A DNA stretch of 64,000 nucleotides from Candidatus Falkowbacteria bacterium (GCA_043801965.1 JAZDLN010000011.1:44511-108510); one strand, 5' to 3'; positions 25,737-38,230 are shown, counted from the stretch's first letter. Notes: a model not told the origin generated them from the sequence alone. Translations and numbers: made by a program.

Positions 25737-26603
25737 CTACCGGTTTTTTATTGCGTCTTTTAACGCGGCGTAATGCTTTTCCGGAAGCCAATTGCCGCCC
25801 AAAGGGATTTCCGGGTGATGCACCGGACCGTGCCAATCGGAACCGCCGGTAACGGCCAAACCGTTTTTTCCGGCAATGGCTAATAATTTTTCGGTCATTG
25901 GTCTGTTATTCTTGGTTGAAAAACATTCCAATCCGCGAAGCTTTCTCCTGATCAATAGATCTATTAAGCCGAAAAAGATCTTACCGCCCTTTCGTTTCCC
26001 GTATTTTTTTTCGAACTTAATGATAGTTTCCCCGCCGTGTGCTAAAACCGCCAGACCGCCCGCTTTTTCGATCAGGCGTACAGCCTCGAAAGGCGTCAAA
26101 GCCCAATTCCCGCAAGCTACGCTCTGTTCTTCCACCGTCTTTTTCGCCTCTCCGTATCGAAATCCCGAGCGCTTCGTCAGTTCCATTACAATATCATGCT
26201 TCGTCAGGCAGGCTCGCGTGGGCTTGCTTTTTAAAATATTGGAAAAATTCAAATTATAAAAACCGCATTTGACGAGATTGGCCGTGATCTGGCGCATCCT
26301 TTCCCTATAACCCGCCAAAGTCTTCTCAAGGCCCCTCTTAAGAACGTCGCCGTCGAATTTCCCGGCATACCCGAGAATATGCAATTCGACGCCTTCATGC
26401 ATGGCGCTTATTTCAATTCCCTGAATAAATTCCACGCCTATTTTTTTAGCCAGACTGGCTTTCTTGTGCAAACAAAACCAGGTATTGTGGTCGGTAATAG
26501 AGATAACACCTAATTTTTTTTCCCGCGCCAGATCAATAACTTTGGCGAATTCAAAATCGCCGTCGGAAAGGCTCGAGTGCAGATGGAGGTCGATTTTTTT
26601 CAT
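25737..26603 (-). CDS. PHP-domain phosphoesterase
   Basis: KIDLHLHSSLSDGD, ISITDHNT and GGSDWHG motifs. Confidence 0.75.
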   Translation of the reverse strand: MKKIDLHLHSSLSDGDFEFAKVIDLAREKKLGVISITDHNTWFCLHKKASLAKKIGVEFIQGIEISAMHEGVELHILGYAGKFDGDVLKRGLEKTLAGYRERMRQITANLVKCGFYNLNFSNILKSKPTRACLTKHDIVMELTKRSGFRYGEAKKTVEEQSVACGNWALTPFEAVRLIEKAGGLAVLAHGGETIIKFEKKYGKRKGGKIFFGLIDLLIRRKLRGLECFSTKNNRPMTEKLLAIAGKNGLAVTGGSDWHGPVHHPEIPLGGNWLPEKHYAALKDAIKNR

Positions 26604-26741
26604 ACAAGCGTGTCATTTGAAAATTCTTTTCCCTGTTTATACTTTACAATTTCGGAGTAAAAAAAGCAATATCGCTAAATATAATAGTAAAAAAATTAAA
26701 ATAATGGTATAATAAATTTAGCTTTTATAAATTACATATTT

Positions 26742-27473
26742 ATGAATAAAAAAAATATTAGCCTAAAGAAAAAAATATTTTTGCTCTTGATGATCGGGGT
26801 AATAATTCTTATCGTAATTTTATGCGCTTATCTCTTAATGTCGAAACTGGCCGAAAATAATATTACCTATAAATCTTTTCCCGCGGCCGAACCGCCGAAT
26901 ATCAAACCTAACGATCGGGAACAAATTGATTATCAGTTGCAGAAACATCAATTATATGATGACTGGAAATGCGTAAATAATAATTCGACTGACGCGATCC
27001 CGTGCGATGAAAATGATCTTGAATACACGGGAGAAGAGGGAGAATGGATTAAATTCGTCGATACGGATATATCAAATTTTAAAAAAATTTTTCCTTCGCT
27101 GGCTTCCGGCGTAGTTATGAAGGACGCGAGAACCGGCTTATTTTGGTCTGACACCGTCGGACAAGCGGCAAATAATCTCGACTATTGCAAAAAATTCGAG
27201 CTTGACGCGGACGGAGACGGCAATGATGAAACCGGATGGAGACTTCCCACTCACAACGAATTGATTCAGGCATACATCAACGGATCTGCCAACAACCTGC
27301 CCAATCCGTATACTTTTTGGTCTTCTTCTATTTTTAAACGACCGCCGATGAAATACTATAATATTAACGGTATGGATGATAATTCATTCGTATGGTTTGC
27401 CAACCTATTTAACGGGGCCAGCAACCTGGCCAATAAGAATTCCAAGCTGTATATCCGTTGCGTGCATGAATAA
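26742..27473 (+). CDS. membrane-anchored DUF1566 (Lcl C-terminal, C-type-lectin-like) protein
   Basis: N-terminal TM helix. GLFWSD...GWRLPTHNELIQAY...FWSSS pattern. Confidence 0.65.
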   Translation: MNKKNISLKKKIFLLLMIGVIILIVILCAYLLMSKLAENNITYKSFPAAEPPNIKPNDREQIDYQLQKHQLYDDWKCVNNNSTDAIPCDENDLEYTGEEGEWIKFVDTDISNFKKIFPSLASGVVMKDARTGLFWSDTVGQAANNLDYCKKFELDADGDGNDETGWRLPTHNELIQAYINGSANNLPNPYTFWSSSIFKRPPMKYYNINGMDDNSFVWFANLFNGASNLANKNSKLYIRCVHE

Positions 27474-27496
27474 ATTTTATAAACTAAATCTATAAT

Positions 27497-28327
27497 ATGA
27501 TTAAGTTCGGCAGAATCAATATTACTAACAACAATAAACGGACGTTTTGGTATTTTATGTTATTGTTGTTATGCGCGGCCATTCTCTTTGACACTAATAT
27601 ATTTTTAGCGTCCGCTAAATTCAATAAACGTCCCTTTATTTTAAAAGAAGTGCCTAGATTTTCAGTGTTTTATTGTATGGAATACAAATCAGACACAAAT
27701 GACGGCCGCTGGGAGAAAATAACGGACGGGAATACGGAAAACGCTCTTGTCGGTTCGGGTGTTGTCGTTAAAGATAAAAAAACCGGACTTTACTGGTCAG
27801 ACGCATATGATTCCGACAAAGACGGCAATCCGGACATCATAAGCAATGAATTCCAAATCGTTTTACAAAACGGAGGAAACGGTTGCGATAATGCGGATAT
27901 AAACGCTGGCAATTGCGACGCCGGAAAATTCCAAAAAAAGGGCAAGGCGATTGAACATTGCGAAAATCTTTTATTGGACGCGAACGGCGACGGCGTTGAT
28001 GAAAATGATTGGCGTCTGCCGACGCAAAAAGAATTGATGCAGGCGTATCTTGACGGGTCGAACACCAATCTTCCGAATTCCGGCCATTTCTTCTGGTCCG
28101 CCACCGAAAGCTCTTATGCTTTAGCCGATATGGCCTGGTATGTCGATTTGGGATCCGGCTTGTCGTTGGAAGAATATAAACGATATGGAAATTATTCAAA
28201 AATGGAAAAACTATACGACAGCAATGATATAAATTACAGAAAACAAATCGATACTTTTGTCTGCGATTCTATATATAATTCCGGCGGCATTGAAATTCCG
28301 CTCGTTTATGCCCGTTGCGTCCGTTAA
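27497..28327 (+). CDS. membrane-anchored DUF1566 protein, tandem paralog
   Basis: GLYWSD...DWRLPTQKELMQAY...FWSATE, ending ARCVR like its neighbour's IRCVHE. Confidence 0.65.
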   Translation: MIKFGRINITNNNKRTFWYFMLLLLCAAILFDTNIFLASAKFNKRPFILKEVPRFSVFYCMEYKSDTNDGRWEKITDGNTENALVGSGVVVKDKKTGLYWSDAYDSDKDGNPDIISNEFQIVLQNGGNGCDNADINAGNCDAGKFQKKGKAIEHCENLLLDANGDGVDENDWRLPTQKELMQAYLDGSNTNLPNSGHFFWSATESSYALADMAWYVDLGSGLSLEEYKRYGNYSKMEKLYDSNDINYRKQIDTFVCDSIYNSGGIEIPLVYARCVR

Positions 28328-28368
28328 CCGCAAAACACAATAAACGTCCTGAAAATAAGAAATAAAAT

Positions 28369-28398
28369 AACCGCTGAAATTTATCAGCGGCTTTTTTA
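28369..28398 (+). terminator. rho-independent terminator
   Basis: aaccgctga-aattta-tcagcggctttttt. Confidence 0.7.
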
Positions 28399-28482
28399 TT
28401 TTAATTTATCTGCGTACCTGTTAATTTCGGAAAGTATTGAAAACCATTTTAAAAAAAGTTTTCAAATAAAAAAACACCATTG

Positions 28483-28598
28483 TTCTGGCGGCGACCTACT
28501 TTTCCAGGGTTAAAACCCAAGTATCATCGGCGCTGGAAGGCTTAACTTCTGAGTTCGGGATGGGATCAGGTGTGACCCTTCCGCTAGAACCACCAGAA
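28483..28598 (-). rRNA. rrf: 5S ribosomal RNA
   Basis: Reverse complement contains CCTGATCCCATCCCGAACTCAGAAGTTAAGCC. The terminal helix is extended by ccattgttctgg / ccagaacaatgg. Confidence 0.9.
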
Positions 28599-28634
28599 CA
28601 ATGGCGTTTTTTTCGTAATTAAAACCAAAAATGT

Positions 28635-31702
<3,068 letters not shown>

Positions 31703-31834
31703 ACATTTTTGATTTAAAAACGTGTTCTCGTCCTGAATTTGCCTAGTTCCCGCCCTGACCGCTAATTGCAAAAGCGGCAGATATCGGGAATTCAGGATAT
31801 TTTTGGTTTACTTGATTGATTCTCTATCTATTTA

Positions 31835-31852
31835 TTTAAATTGTTAAAGTTC
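31835..31852 (-). promoter_or_regulatory. boxA-like antitermination element in the rRNA leader
   Basis: Minus strand reads GAACTTTAACAATTTAAA, close to the E. coli rrn boxA GCTCTTTAACAATTTA. Confidence 0.6.
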
Positions 31853-31867
31853 TTTTCAGCCTTTAAC

Positions 31868-31975
31868 AGCTGGCAATTAACTACTAATAAAATTAGTTGT
31901 TAATTGTTAACTGTCAATTGTCCCGGCCAAAGGCCGATCCCTGCCTACCGGCAGGCAGGCGCCTTTGGCGGAAAA
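31868..31975. repeat. AT-rich CAATTAA-type palindrome followed by nested GC mini-hairpins
   Basis: ggcaattaactactaataaaattagttgttaattgttaactgtcaattg, then ggccaaaggcc...ctgcctaccggcaggcagg...gcctttggcgg. Confidence 0.6.
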
Positions 31976-32120
31976 TGTTAATGTTGTTCAAGAAGTAGCA
32001 AAAAACCGCCTAAGCGGTTTGATAACAAGCCAGAAAGTCGGTTTAATGTTATCAAACGCTTTTTAATCTGATCATTATGCTATTCTTCATAAACATTTTT
32101 ATCTAAATTAACGTATTTAT

Positions 32121-32148
32121 ATTATACAGCATTAAAAAATAATGTCAA
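32121..32148 (-). promoter_or_regulatory. near-consensus promoter, probable rRNA promoter
   Basis: Minus strand TTGACA (32148-32143), 16-nt spacer, TATAAT (32126-32121). About 420 nt upstream of the mature 23S 5' end. Confidence 0.55.
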
Positions 32149-32334
32149 GACCGCCGTGGCCCTTAAAATGAATATTTTGGCATATTTTATTTTATTTAAT
32201 ATAAGTCATTTTATTAAATTCATTTCCCGGGCGTTTATCGCCGCGATATCGGTCATCAACATGATTTATTATTTTAAACCACCACCGGCCTTGCCGGTCG
32301 CACGGACTTAATCCCCAAGAATCTTATCGCTCTT

Positions 32335-32497
32335 TGTCATCCCGGGGCTTTAGTCTTCGAGCGAAGCGAGAAGCTAAAGAACCCGGGATCCAGGGTTTCG
32401 CGGTACTTCCATGATATTTCCGTTGACGAGTTAATTATCGCCCAACCCTGGATTCCGGATATTTTTTCCTCCGCTTGGAAAAAATTCCGGAATGACA
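32335..32497. mobile_element. MITE-like element with TGTCAT termini and subterminal hairpins
   Basis: tgtcatcccggg...cccgggatccaggg on the left and ccctggattccgga...tccggaatgaca on the right are inverted relative to each other. Confidence 0.4.
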
Positions 32498-32590
32498 AAA
32501 AACCGACTTCGCCGGAGGATATCTTAAAAAATTAACACAAATATTCAGGTAGGACATTTCTATAAAACCTTTACACATAAACAATACTTC

Positions 32591-32617
32591 TTGACACCCC
32601 CCCCCCATAAGTATGCT
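32591..32617 (+). promoter_or_regulatory. promoter with a C(10) homopolymer in the spacer
   Basis: TTGACA (32591-32596), ten C (32597-32606), ataag, TATGCT (32612-32617). The present spacer is 15 nt. Confidence 0.4.
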
Positions 32618-32788
32618 ACGTTGACTTAATTTCCGGATCGTAAAATCCGGAAATTGTCGTTCTTTCACACTTGATCGGTATAAACGGAATTCCCGCGGAA
32701 ATGAAAAATTTAAAAAAGGAGGTGATAGTAAAAAGCGGTACGGTTAAATTAATCAGAAACCGGCAGAAAGAAAAGAAGAGGAGAAAAA

Positions 32789-35122
32789 ATGAAAAAGGGT
32801 TTTTGGTTTTCGTGCCTGTGCGTTATGATCCTCGGTTTAGCTTGTCCGGCCTGGTCCGGACAGAAAATTGTGGCCTTGGATGGCGAAGCCGGAGATAATT
32901 TTGGCAGTGGCGTGTCATTTTCGGGAGATTATGCCGTTATTGGCGCTAAAAACGGAGATAACAATAATAATGTATCCGCCGGAGCGGTCTATGTATATAA
33001 AAAAACGGCCAACGGCTGGGAGAGTCAACAAAAGATCTCTCTGGATGAGGGAGAAATCGGCGACAATTTCGGCAGCAGCGTCGCTATTGACGGTGATTAT
33101 ATTGTTATCGGAGCGTGGGGAGAAGATACCGGAACCGGCGCCGCCTATATCTTTATGCGGAGCGGCGAAACCTGGAGCCAACAGGCGAAACTTACCGCGG
33201 GCGACGATAGCGCGACTTGGCGTTATTTCGGGTGGAGCGTGGCAATAGAAGGAGACCGCGTTATTATATCCGTTAATTTAGACGACGACATGGGTATTAA
33301 TTCCGGATCGGCATATGTGTTTAAACGCAGCGGTACGACCTGGTCCCCGGAAGGAAGTAAATTGTTGGCTGAAGACGGCTTAGCCGGTGATTGTTTCGGT
33401 CGCCAGGTGTCGATATCCGGAAATTACGTGATCATCGGTGCCGATCTCGACGACTTTAGCGGTAAATATAACGCCGGATCGGCCTATATTTTTAAATGGA
33501 ACGGAGAAGATTGGGAGCAGACGGCAAAACTGACCGCCGAAGGCTACGCGACGACTAATGATTATTTCGGATGGAGCGTGGCGATCGACGGCGATTATGC
33601 CATAGTCGGGTCGTACGAGGACGATCTTTCGGGTAAAGCCAACGCCGGTTCGGCATATGTATTTAAACGTAATGAAAATCAGGAGACCTGGTCCCCGCAG
33701 GCGAGGCTGACCGCGAGCGACGCCGCGGCCGGCGATAATTTCGGCTGGAGCGTTACTACGAATGGTGAATACGCGATTATCGGTACCTATGGCGACGACG
33801 ACAAGGGGGATCACTCCGGTTCGGCCTATGTATTTAAACGGAGCGGTACCAGCTGGTATCAAAAAGAAAAAATAGTGCCCATAGATGGCGGGGTTTACAA
33901 TTGTTTCGGCTACAGCGTGGATATTTCCGACACCAATTTCATCGTAGGCGCCTTTAATGATGATGACAAAGGGTATGGTTCCGGTTCGGCTTATACCTTC
34001 CCCTACCAGATCCCCACGGACCTTGGCGGCGCCGCGCTTACCGGCCTGGCTTTCTATAATGTGGGCGAAACCGACAAGATCCGCTTTAACCTGACCGCAG
34101 AAACCTCAGTCGCCTTCCTCTCCGCCGGCAACCTCGACCTTAAGGGACGGGTGCTGGATGTGTACGGTAATCCGGTATATGACTGCAACAATGATGAGTG
34201 GAGCAATGGTTATACCGATATCGGCGAGTGTACGTGCGCAAATTCTGGCTACAGCTCCGAAGAAACGCGTCAGGGTAACACGCAAACGAATTTCATGTAC
34301 CGCAAACAGAATTTGGCTGCCGGAACTTATACGCTTGAAGTTACACCGGAAGACGAAGAAACACTAATTACGATAGGCGACCCTCCGGCTCCGCGTGTGT
34401 ATTCAATTGTGTTCTTGAAACGCCCCAGCGACTCCGATACCTTCTTCGAAGGTGCGGACGCTTTAGTTAGCGATAACGACACCGGCAACGATTATCTCGA
34501 CATCTACGTTAAAGCGCTTTATCCGGAATTCTACGATGATGTTGATGAATTAATACCGCCCGATTATGGATACACGGACGACTATGCGGAAGTAAACTTT
34601 TGCACCGACGAAGTGTGCGCGGAAAGGCAGTGCAAGGCCTTTACTAAATTTTACCTCAAAGTAATTCTGGAGAAACAATCACCAACCATGCGTAGTAATG
34701 GCGCTATTAATACCGCCTGGTCGACATTTGATGACTCTGATAATAATTGCGTTGCCGACTGGGATTATATACTTGAAGAAGAAGAAAGCGCTCTGATCTA
34801 TCACAGCCAAAATCTTGGCCTATTCGGTCCCGGTGCTTGCGCATCCCCTCCGGATCCAGTTGAAGATTATTTTTACAACCCCGATACGGAAACCATGGTG
34901 CGCGACAATGATGCCGACCCGTTGAATTTTTTCCAAAGAGGCGATATCTTCGTCCAAAACCATCCTGACACCAATCCCGATCCCGAAATAGACACGAGTT
35001 TCCAGCATTACGGGATAATTTATGAGGGCACAACTGTCTTTGATACCAACTATTCAGAAGACGGTATGCTTAAAAAAGCTGCGAGGAACAAAAATGAATG
35101 GAAGGTAGTTAGACCGGAATAA
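32789..35122 (+). CDS. secreted FG-GAP (integrin-alpha-like) beta-propeller repeat protein with C-terminal extension
   Basis: Signal peptide MKKGFWFSCLCVMILGLACPAWSG. At least 7 repeats of GDNFG(W)SV.I.GDY.IIGA....G.AY(V/I)F. RBS gaggag. Confidence 0.8.
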   Translation: MKKGFWFSCLCVMILGLACPAWSGQKIVALDGEAGDNFGSGVSFSGDYAVIGAKNGDNNNNVSAGAVYVYKKTANGWESQQKISLDEGEIGDNFGSSVAIDGDYIVIGAWGEDTGTGAAYIFMRSGETWSQQAKLTAGDDSATWRYFGWSVAIEGDRVIISVNLDDDMGINSGSAYVFKRSGTTWSPEGSKLLAEDGLAGDCFGRQVSISGNYVIIGADLDDFSGKYNAGSAYIFKWNGEDWEQTAKLTAEGYATTNDYFGWSVAIDGDYAIVGSYEDDLSGKANAGSAYVFKRNENQETWSPQARLTASDAAAGDNFGWSVTTNGEYAIIGTYGDDDKGDHSGSAYVFKRSGTSWYQKEKIVPIDGGVYNCFGYSVDISDTNFIVGAFNDDDKGYGSGSAYTFPYQIPTDLGGAALTGLAFYNVGETDKIRFNLTAETSVAFLSAGNLDLKGRVLDVYGNPVYDCNNDEWSNGYTDIGECTCANSGYSSEETRQGNTQTNFMYRKQNLAAGTYTLEVTPEDEETLITIGDPPAPRVYSIVFLKRPSDSDTFFEGADALVSDNDTGNDYLDIYVKALYPEFYDDVDELIPPDYGYTDDYAEVNFCTDEVCAERQCKAFTKFYLKVILEKQSPTMRSNGAINTAWSTFDDSDNNCVADWDYILEEEESALIYHSQNLGLFGPGACASPPDPVEDYFYNPDTETMVRDNDADPLNFFQRGDIFVQNHPDTNPDPEIDTSFQHYGIIYEGTTVFDTNYSEDGMLKKAARNKNEWKVVRPE

Positions 35123-35142
35123 ATTGTTCCTAAACCAAAACT

Positions 35143-35179
35143 AACCCCCGTTGATATAAAATGTCAACGGGGGTTTTCA
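35143..35179. terminator. bidirectional terminator between convergent genes
   Basis: aacccccgttga-tataaaatg-tcaacgggggtttt. Confidence 0.7.
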
Positions 35180-35193
35180 TTACTAAATTTTGT

Positions 35194-36108
35194 TCATTCA
35201 TTATCTTTGGAAAATCGTATTGAATCAAAATCGAAATCAACTCCATCGCAACACCGAGATTCAAAGCGCGCAAACTTTGTTATTGAGTTTTTGGGATCAT
35301 AAATAAAACTATGGTTATAACTTCCAGTAAAATTGGCAGACGGAGTGTGAAAATAACACTTTTCTCTAATTTTGCCCTCAATTATTCTTTCTTTTGCCGA
35401 CGCGGAGCCTGGGCCATCCATATTAAAGGTATTAAGCTCTTCTTTAGACGGCTCATAGGGTTCAGCTAATTCCATATGCACCCATTTTTTTTCTTTATAA
35501 TCCTTAACGACAACCTTACAATCATCCGGATTTTTCCCCTCCCGAGTTATCAATTTTTTAATCGCCTCTTCTATAGTCTCATCGCTAGATTTACTAAAAA
35601 CCGTTATTTCCTGTGAACCATCATCATAAGTATTACCCATAATGGAATAACATCCCTTATCTTCGTGACATGGAGCCGCTTGATACTTATCGGATCGCAA
35701 CCATAAAATATTTATTTTATCACCCTTCTCGTAAACTAAAGTTTTACTGGGCATAGCCCTAGTGAACTCAATGCCCAAATTAAAACTTCGGTAAACTCCA
35801 TAAGTGGTGGTCGCTTCTTTTTGTTTTAAATCGTCGTTTTTTTGGTCATCCATTTCTTTCTGTAAAGCCTCAACTTGGCTTTGCGCTTGGGCGATTTCGC
35901 TTTGCGCTTCGCTCCGGACGCTAGTTGCGACCGCGGCCCGGTCTTTGACCATTTTTTGCATTAAGGCGAAATAGGTTCCGCCACCCGCGACGATAGCGGT
36001 AATGATCACGGCGACCGCGATCATCGGCCAATGCTTATGATCGGCGGTTTTCGCTTTTTCGCCCACCGGATTAGCGGACGTCGTTTGTGTTTGTTGTTCT
36101 TGTTCCAT
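35194..36108 (-). CDS. hypothetical membrane-anchored protein
   Basis: 304-aa ORF with one TM helix (WPMIAVAVIITAIVAGGGTYFAL) and a coiled-coil-like segment. Confidence 0.55.
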   Translation of the reverse strand: MEQEQQTQTTSANPVGEKAKTADHKHWPMIAVAVIITAIVAGGGTYFALMQKMVKDRAAVATSVRSEAQSEIAQAQSQVEALQKEMDDQKNDDLKQKEATTTYGVYRSFNLGIEFTRAMPSKTLVYEKGDKINILWLRSDKYQAAPCHEDKGCYSIMGNTYDDGSQEITVFSKSSDETIEEAIKKLITREGKNPDDCKVVVKDYKEKKWVHMELAEPYEPSKEELNTFNMDGPGSASAKERIIEGKIREKCYFHTPSANFTGSYNHSFIYDPKNSITKFARFESRCCDGVDFDFDSIRFSKDNE

Positions 36109-36224
36109 GTGGTTATGTTAGATTTTTAAAATTTTATTGGCTGTTTATATTATAGCATAAATAGCGAAAAAAAATAGAATTTGGATTTTTAACGGCTAGC
36201 TCTCATCCTTGTTGCGCCAATAAA

Positions 36225-36315
36225 TACCCTCTCCCCCGGCTCGCTGCGTTCGCCGACCCCTCTCCGGTACCGGAGAGGGGAGCCGAAGCGAAAGCGGGGG
36301 CAGGGAGAGGGTTTG
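36225..36315. repeat. GC-rich palindromic element, copy 3 (solo)
   Basis: ataccctctcccccggctcgctgcgttcgccgacccctctccggtaccggagaggggagccgaagcgaaagcgggggcagggagagggtttgt. Confidence 0.8.
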
Positions 36316-36348
36316 TATTGTAGGGGCTACGAACGTTTTTCAACTCAA

Positions 36349-36428
36349 AAACCCTCCCCAGACTTGGGGAGGGTGCGATCCTGAGCCGCGCCGACGGAGA
36401 GCGGGTGGGGGAAGAGCGGGGAGGGGTG
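36349..36428. repeat. degenerate GC-rich hairpin cluster related to the GGAGAGGGG family
   Basis: aaaccctcccca-gact-tggggagggt, then gacggagagcgggtgggggaagagcggggaggggtg. Confidence 0.5.
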
Positions 36429-36641
36429 AATAAATAAAAACCGCAAAATTATCTGGAATTTCGGTTTAAAGCCGAACATGAAAGAATATTCGGCCGGGAA
36501 GATTCATGCCGGGCGCTGATCATCGGATATGACAGGAAGTCCAGCAATTACCGGGATAAAAAACTTTTGGCTTATACTTTAATCAACCTAAGATACTTTT
36601 GCGGTAAGTCGCAATGACTTCAATTTAAAAAACATATCACA

Positions 36642-37985
36642 TTACAGAAATAATTTTTTGGCTTTTTCGGTTATATAATAATATATAGTTTTCCCCTCTT
36701 TGTTTTGCTCAAGAAATCCAAGCTTTAATAATTCTTTCAAGTCCTTTATGGCTGTTTTATTAGCTACCTGAAAAACATTCATGTGTATCCTTATACTGGT
36801 CTTCTCGCTTGGCTCCCCGTATAAAAATTGCAGTAATTTTACCTGTCTTTCATTAAAACCATGGCTCATTTTACCGGCTCTGCCCATAGTCGAATTTATA
36901 GCCGCTTGCTTGTCCAGATAATCCTTAAATTCCTCGACGGCCTGCTCTATTTTTTTCGTATGGTAGTCGATAAAATACGTTAAATCATTATCGTCCTGCT
37001 CGCTATAAACATAAGCCATGGTATATTGGACCGGGGATTTTTTGATTATTTTCGAAATAGGCAAATAAGCGAAGGCCCAGTATTTCTTCTGGAGCAGGTA
37101 CCAATAAAAAAGCAATCTGGCTATTCTGCCGTTACCGTCAGTAAACGGGTGTAAATATCCAATCCAAAAATGCAGCATAATAGCCTTTATGACCGGATGG
37201 ACGAAAAGCGTTTCCGATTCATCGTTGACGAATTTTATGAATCTGTTCAATTCTTTTTTAACAAACGGCATTTCAGGGGCTTTGTGGTAGACGATACCGC
37301 TTGCCTTGTCAGTAACGAATATTTCGTCCTGCTCGCTCCTGAGCTTCGGTTTTTCACCATCCGGAGTCAGGGTATCCTTCGTTATCATTCCATGCAATTC
37401 CATTAACAAATCCAGATCCATGTGCCTGTCTTTATAATCCTCTTCGATCAATTTCATGGTGGTGTAATTATTCAATATCATCTGCTCCGATTCATTTTTG
37501 GGCTTTCTGCCCTCTTTTAAAAATTGTTTGGCTATTTTTCTGCTCGTGCTCGCTCCTTCGAGCTGGGAAGAGGCGATCGCCTCTTCCATTATCCCCCTGG
37601 AAATAAGCCTTTGCTTTTCCTGTTTGTCCGTCTCTGCTTTGGAAGAAAATAACTCACCACCGGTGTTTAAATCGATTTCATGAAAAAATTTTTCCAACTT
37701 CGGCAGTTTTAACCACGTAAAAATTTTTCCGTTTTCTGATTTTATCGGACTCGGAAATGATCTCGCTTTTCTCATGAGTTTTAATATCTGCCATAACTCT
37801 TCCCGGGAATATCCCCGCGGAATCGGCTCCTTATATTTTAATTTATCCCAGGAAATGTACGGATTAAAAGTGTTTTCCAAAAATAAAAAAGAATCACCCT
37901 GCTGACCGTTAAAAAATCTGGAAATTACTTTTTCCTTATTTACCTTTGATAAATCAGGTTTTTTTATTGAATAAAATTCCGCCAT
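36642..37985 (-). CDS. Fic/DOC family protein with C-terminal wHTH
   Basis: Fido motif HPFTDGNGRIARLL. Confidence 0.85.
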   Translation of the reverse strand: MAEFYSIKKPDLSKVNKEKVISRFFNGQQGDSFLFLENTFNPYISWDKLKYKEPIPRGYSREELWQILKLMRKARSFPSPIKSENGKIFTWLKLPKLEKFFHEIDLNTGGELFSSKAETDKQEKQRLISRGIMEEAIASSQLEGASTSRKIAKQFLKEGRKPKNESEQMILNNYTTMKLIEEDYKDRHMDLDLLMELHGMITKDTLTPDGEKPKLRSEQDEIFVTDKASGIVYHKAPEMPFVKKELNRFIKFVNDESETLFVHPVIKAIMLHFWIGYLHPFTDGNGRIARLLFYWYLLQKKYWAFAYLPISKIIKKSPVQYTMAYVYSEQDDNDLTYFIDYHTKKIEQAVEEFKDYLDKQAAINSTMGRAGKMSHGFNERQVKLLQFLYGEPSEKTSIRIHMNVFQVANKTAIKDLKELLKLGFLEQNKEGKTIYYYITEKAKKLFL

Positions 37986-37999
37986 ATATTTTGAATGTA

Positions 38000-38091
38000 A
38001 TTACACTTATACTACACTCATATTACATCGATACTATGAATCCGTCAATAGGAGTGTAATTACACTTATATTACACTTATGTTACGCACAA
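38000..38091. promoter_or_regulatory. two blocks of three 11-bp direct repeats (iteron/operator-like) upstream of fic
   Basis: attacacttat actacactcat attacatcgat (38000-38032) and attacacttat attacacttat gttacgcacaa (38059-38091). Confidence 0.5.
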
Positions 38092-38204
38092 TAAATTACT
38101 AAGAACACAAAAATTTCAGAAACGCTTATAGTCTCTCGTATTAATATATCTGGCTTATATCTGATTATCAGATTAATCGAGACTACAAAAAAATAATTAT
38201 AAAT

Positions 38205-38230
38205 AAAAGCGCGCCCAGGGGCACGCTTTT
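38205..38230 (-). terminator. terminator downstream of pilT
   Basis: aaaagcgcgcc-cagg-ggcacgctttt. Confidence 0.5.

Noticed and set aside
26742-28327. Diversity-generating retroelement at the DUF1566 genes
   Set aside because: No reverse-transcriptase ORF and no template-repeat copy of the C-terminal regions is visible anywhere in the 64 kb. It is retained only as a low-interest note.
36440-36640. RNase P RNA or other ncRNA, suggested by the string caggaagtccagc
   Set aside because: Only a partial resemblance to the GAGGAAAGTCCGGGC box. The available non-coding span (~200 nt) is too short and no other conserved RNase P blocks are present.
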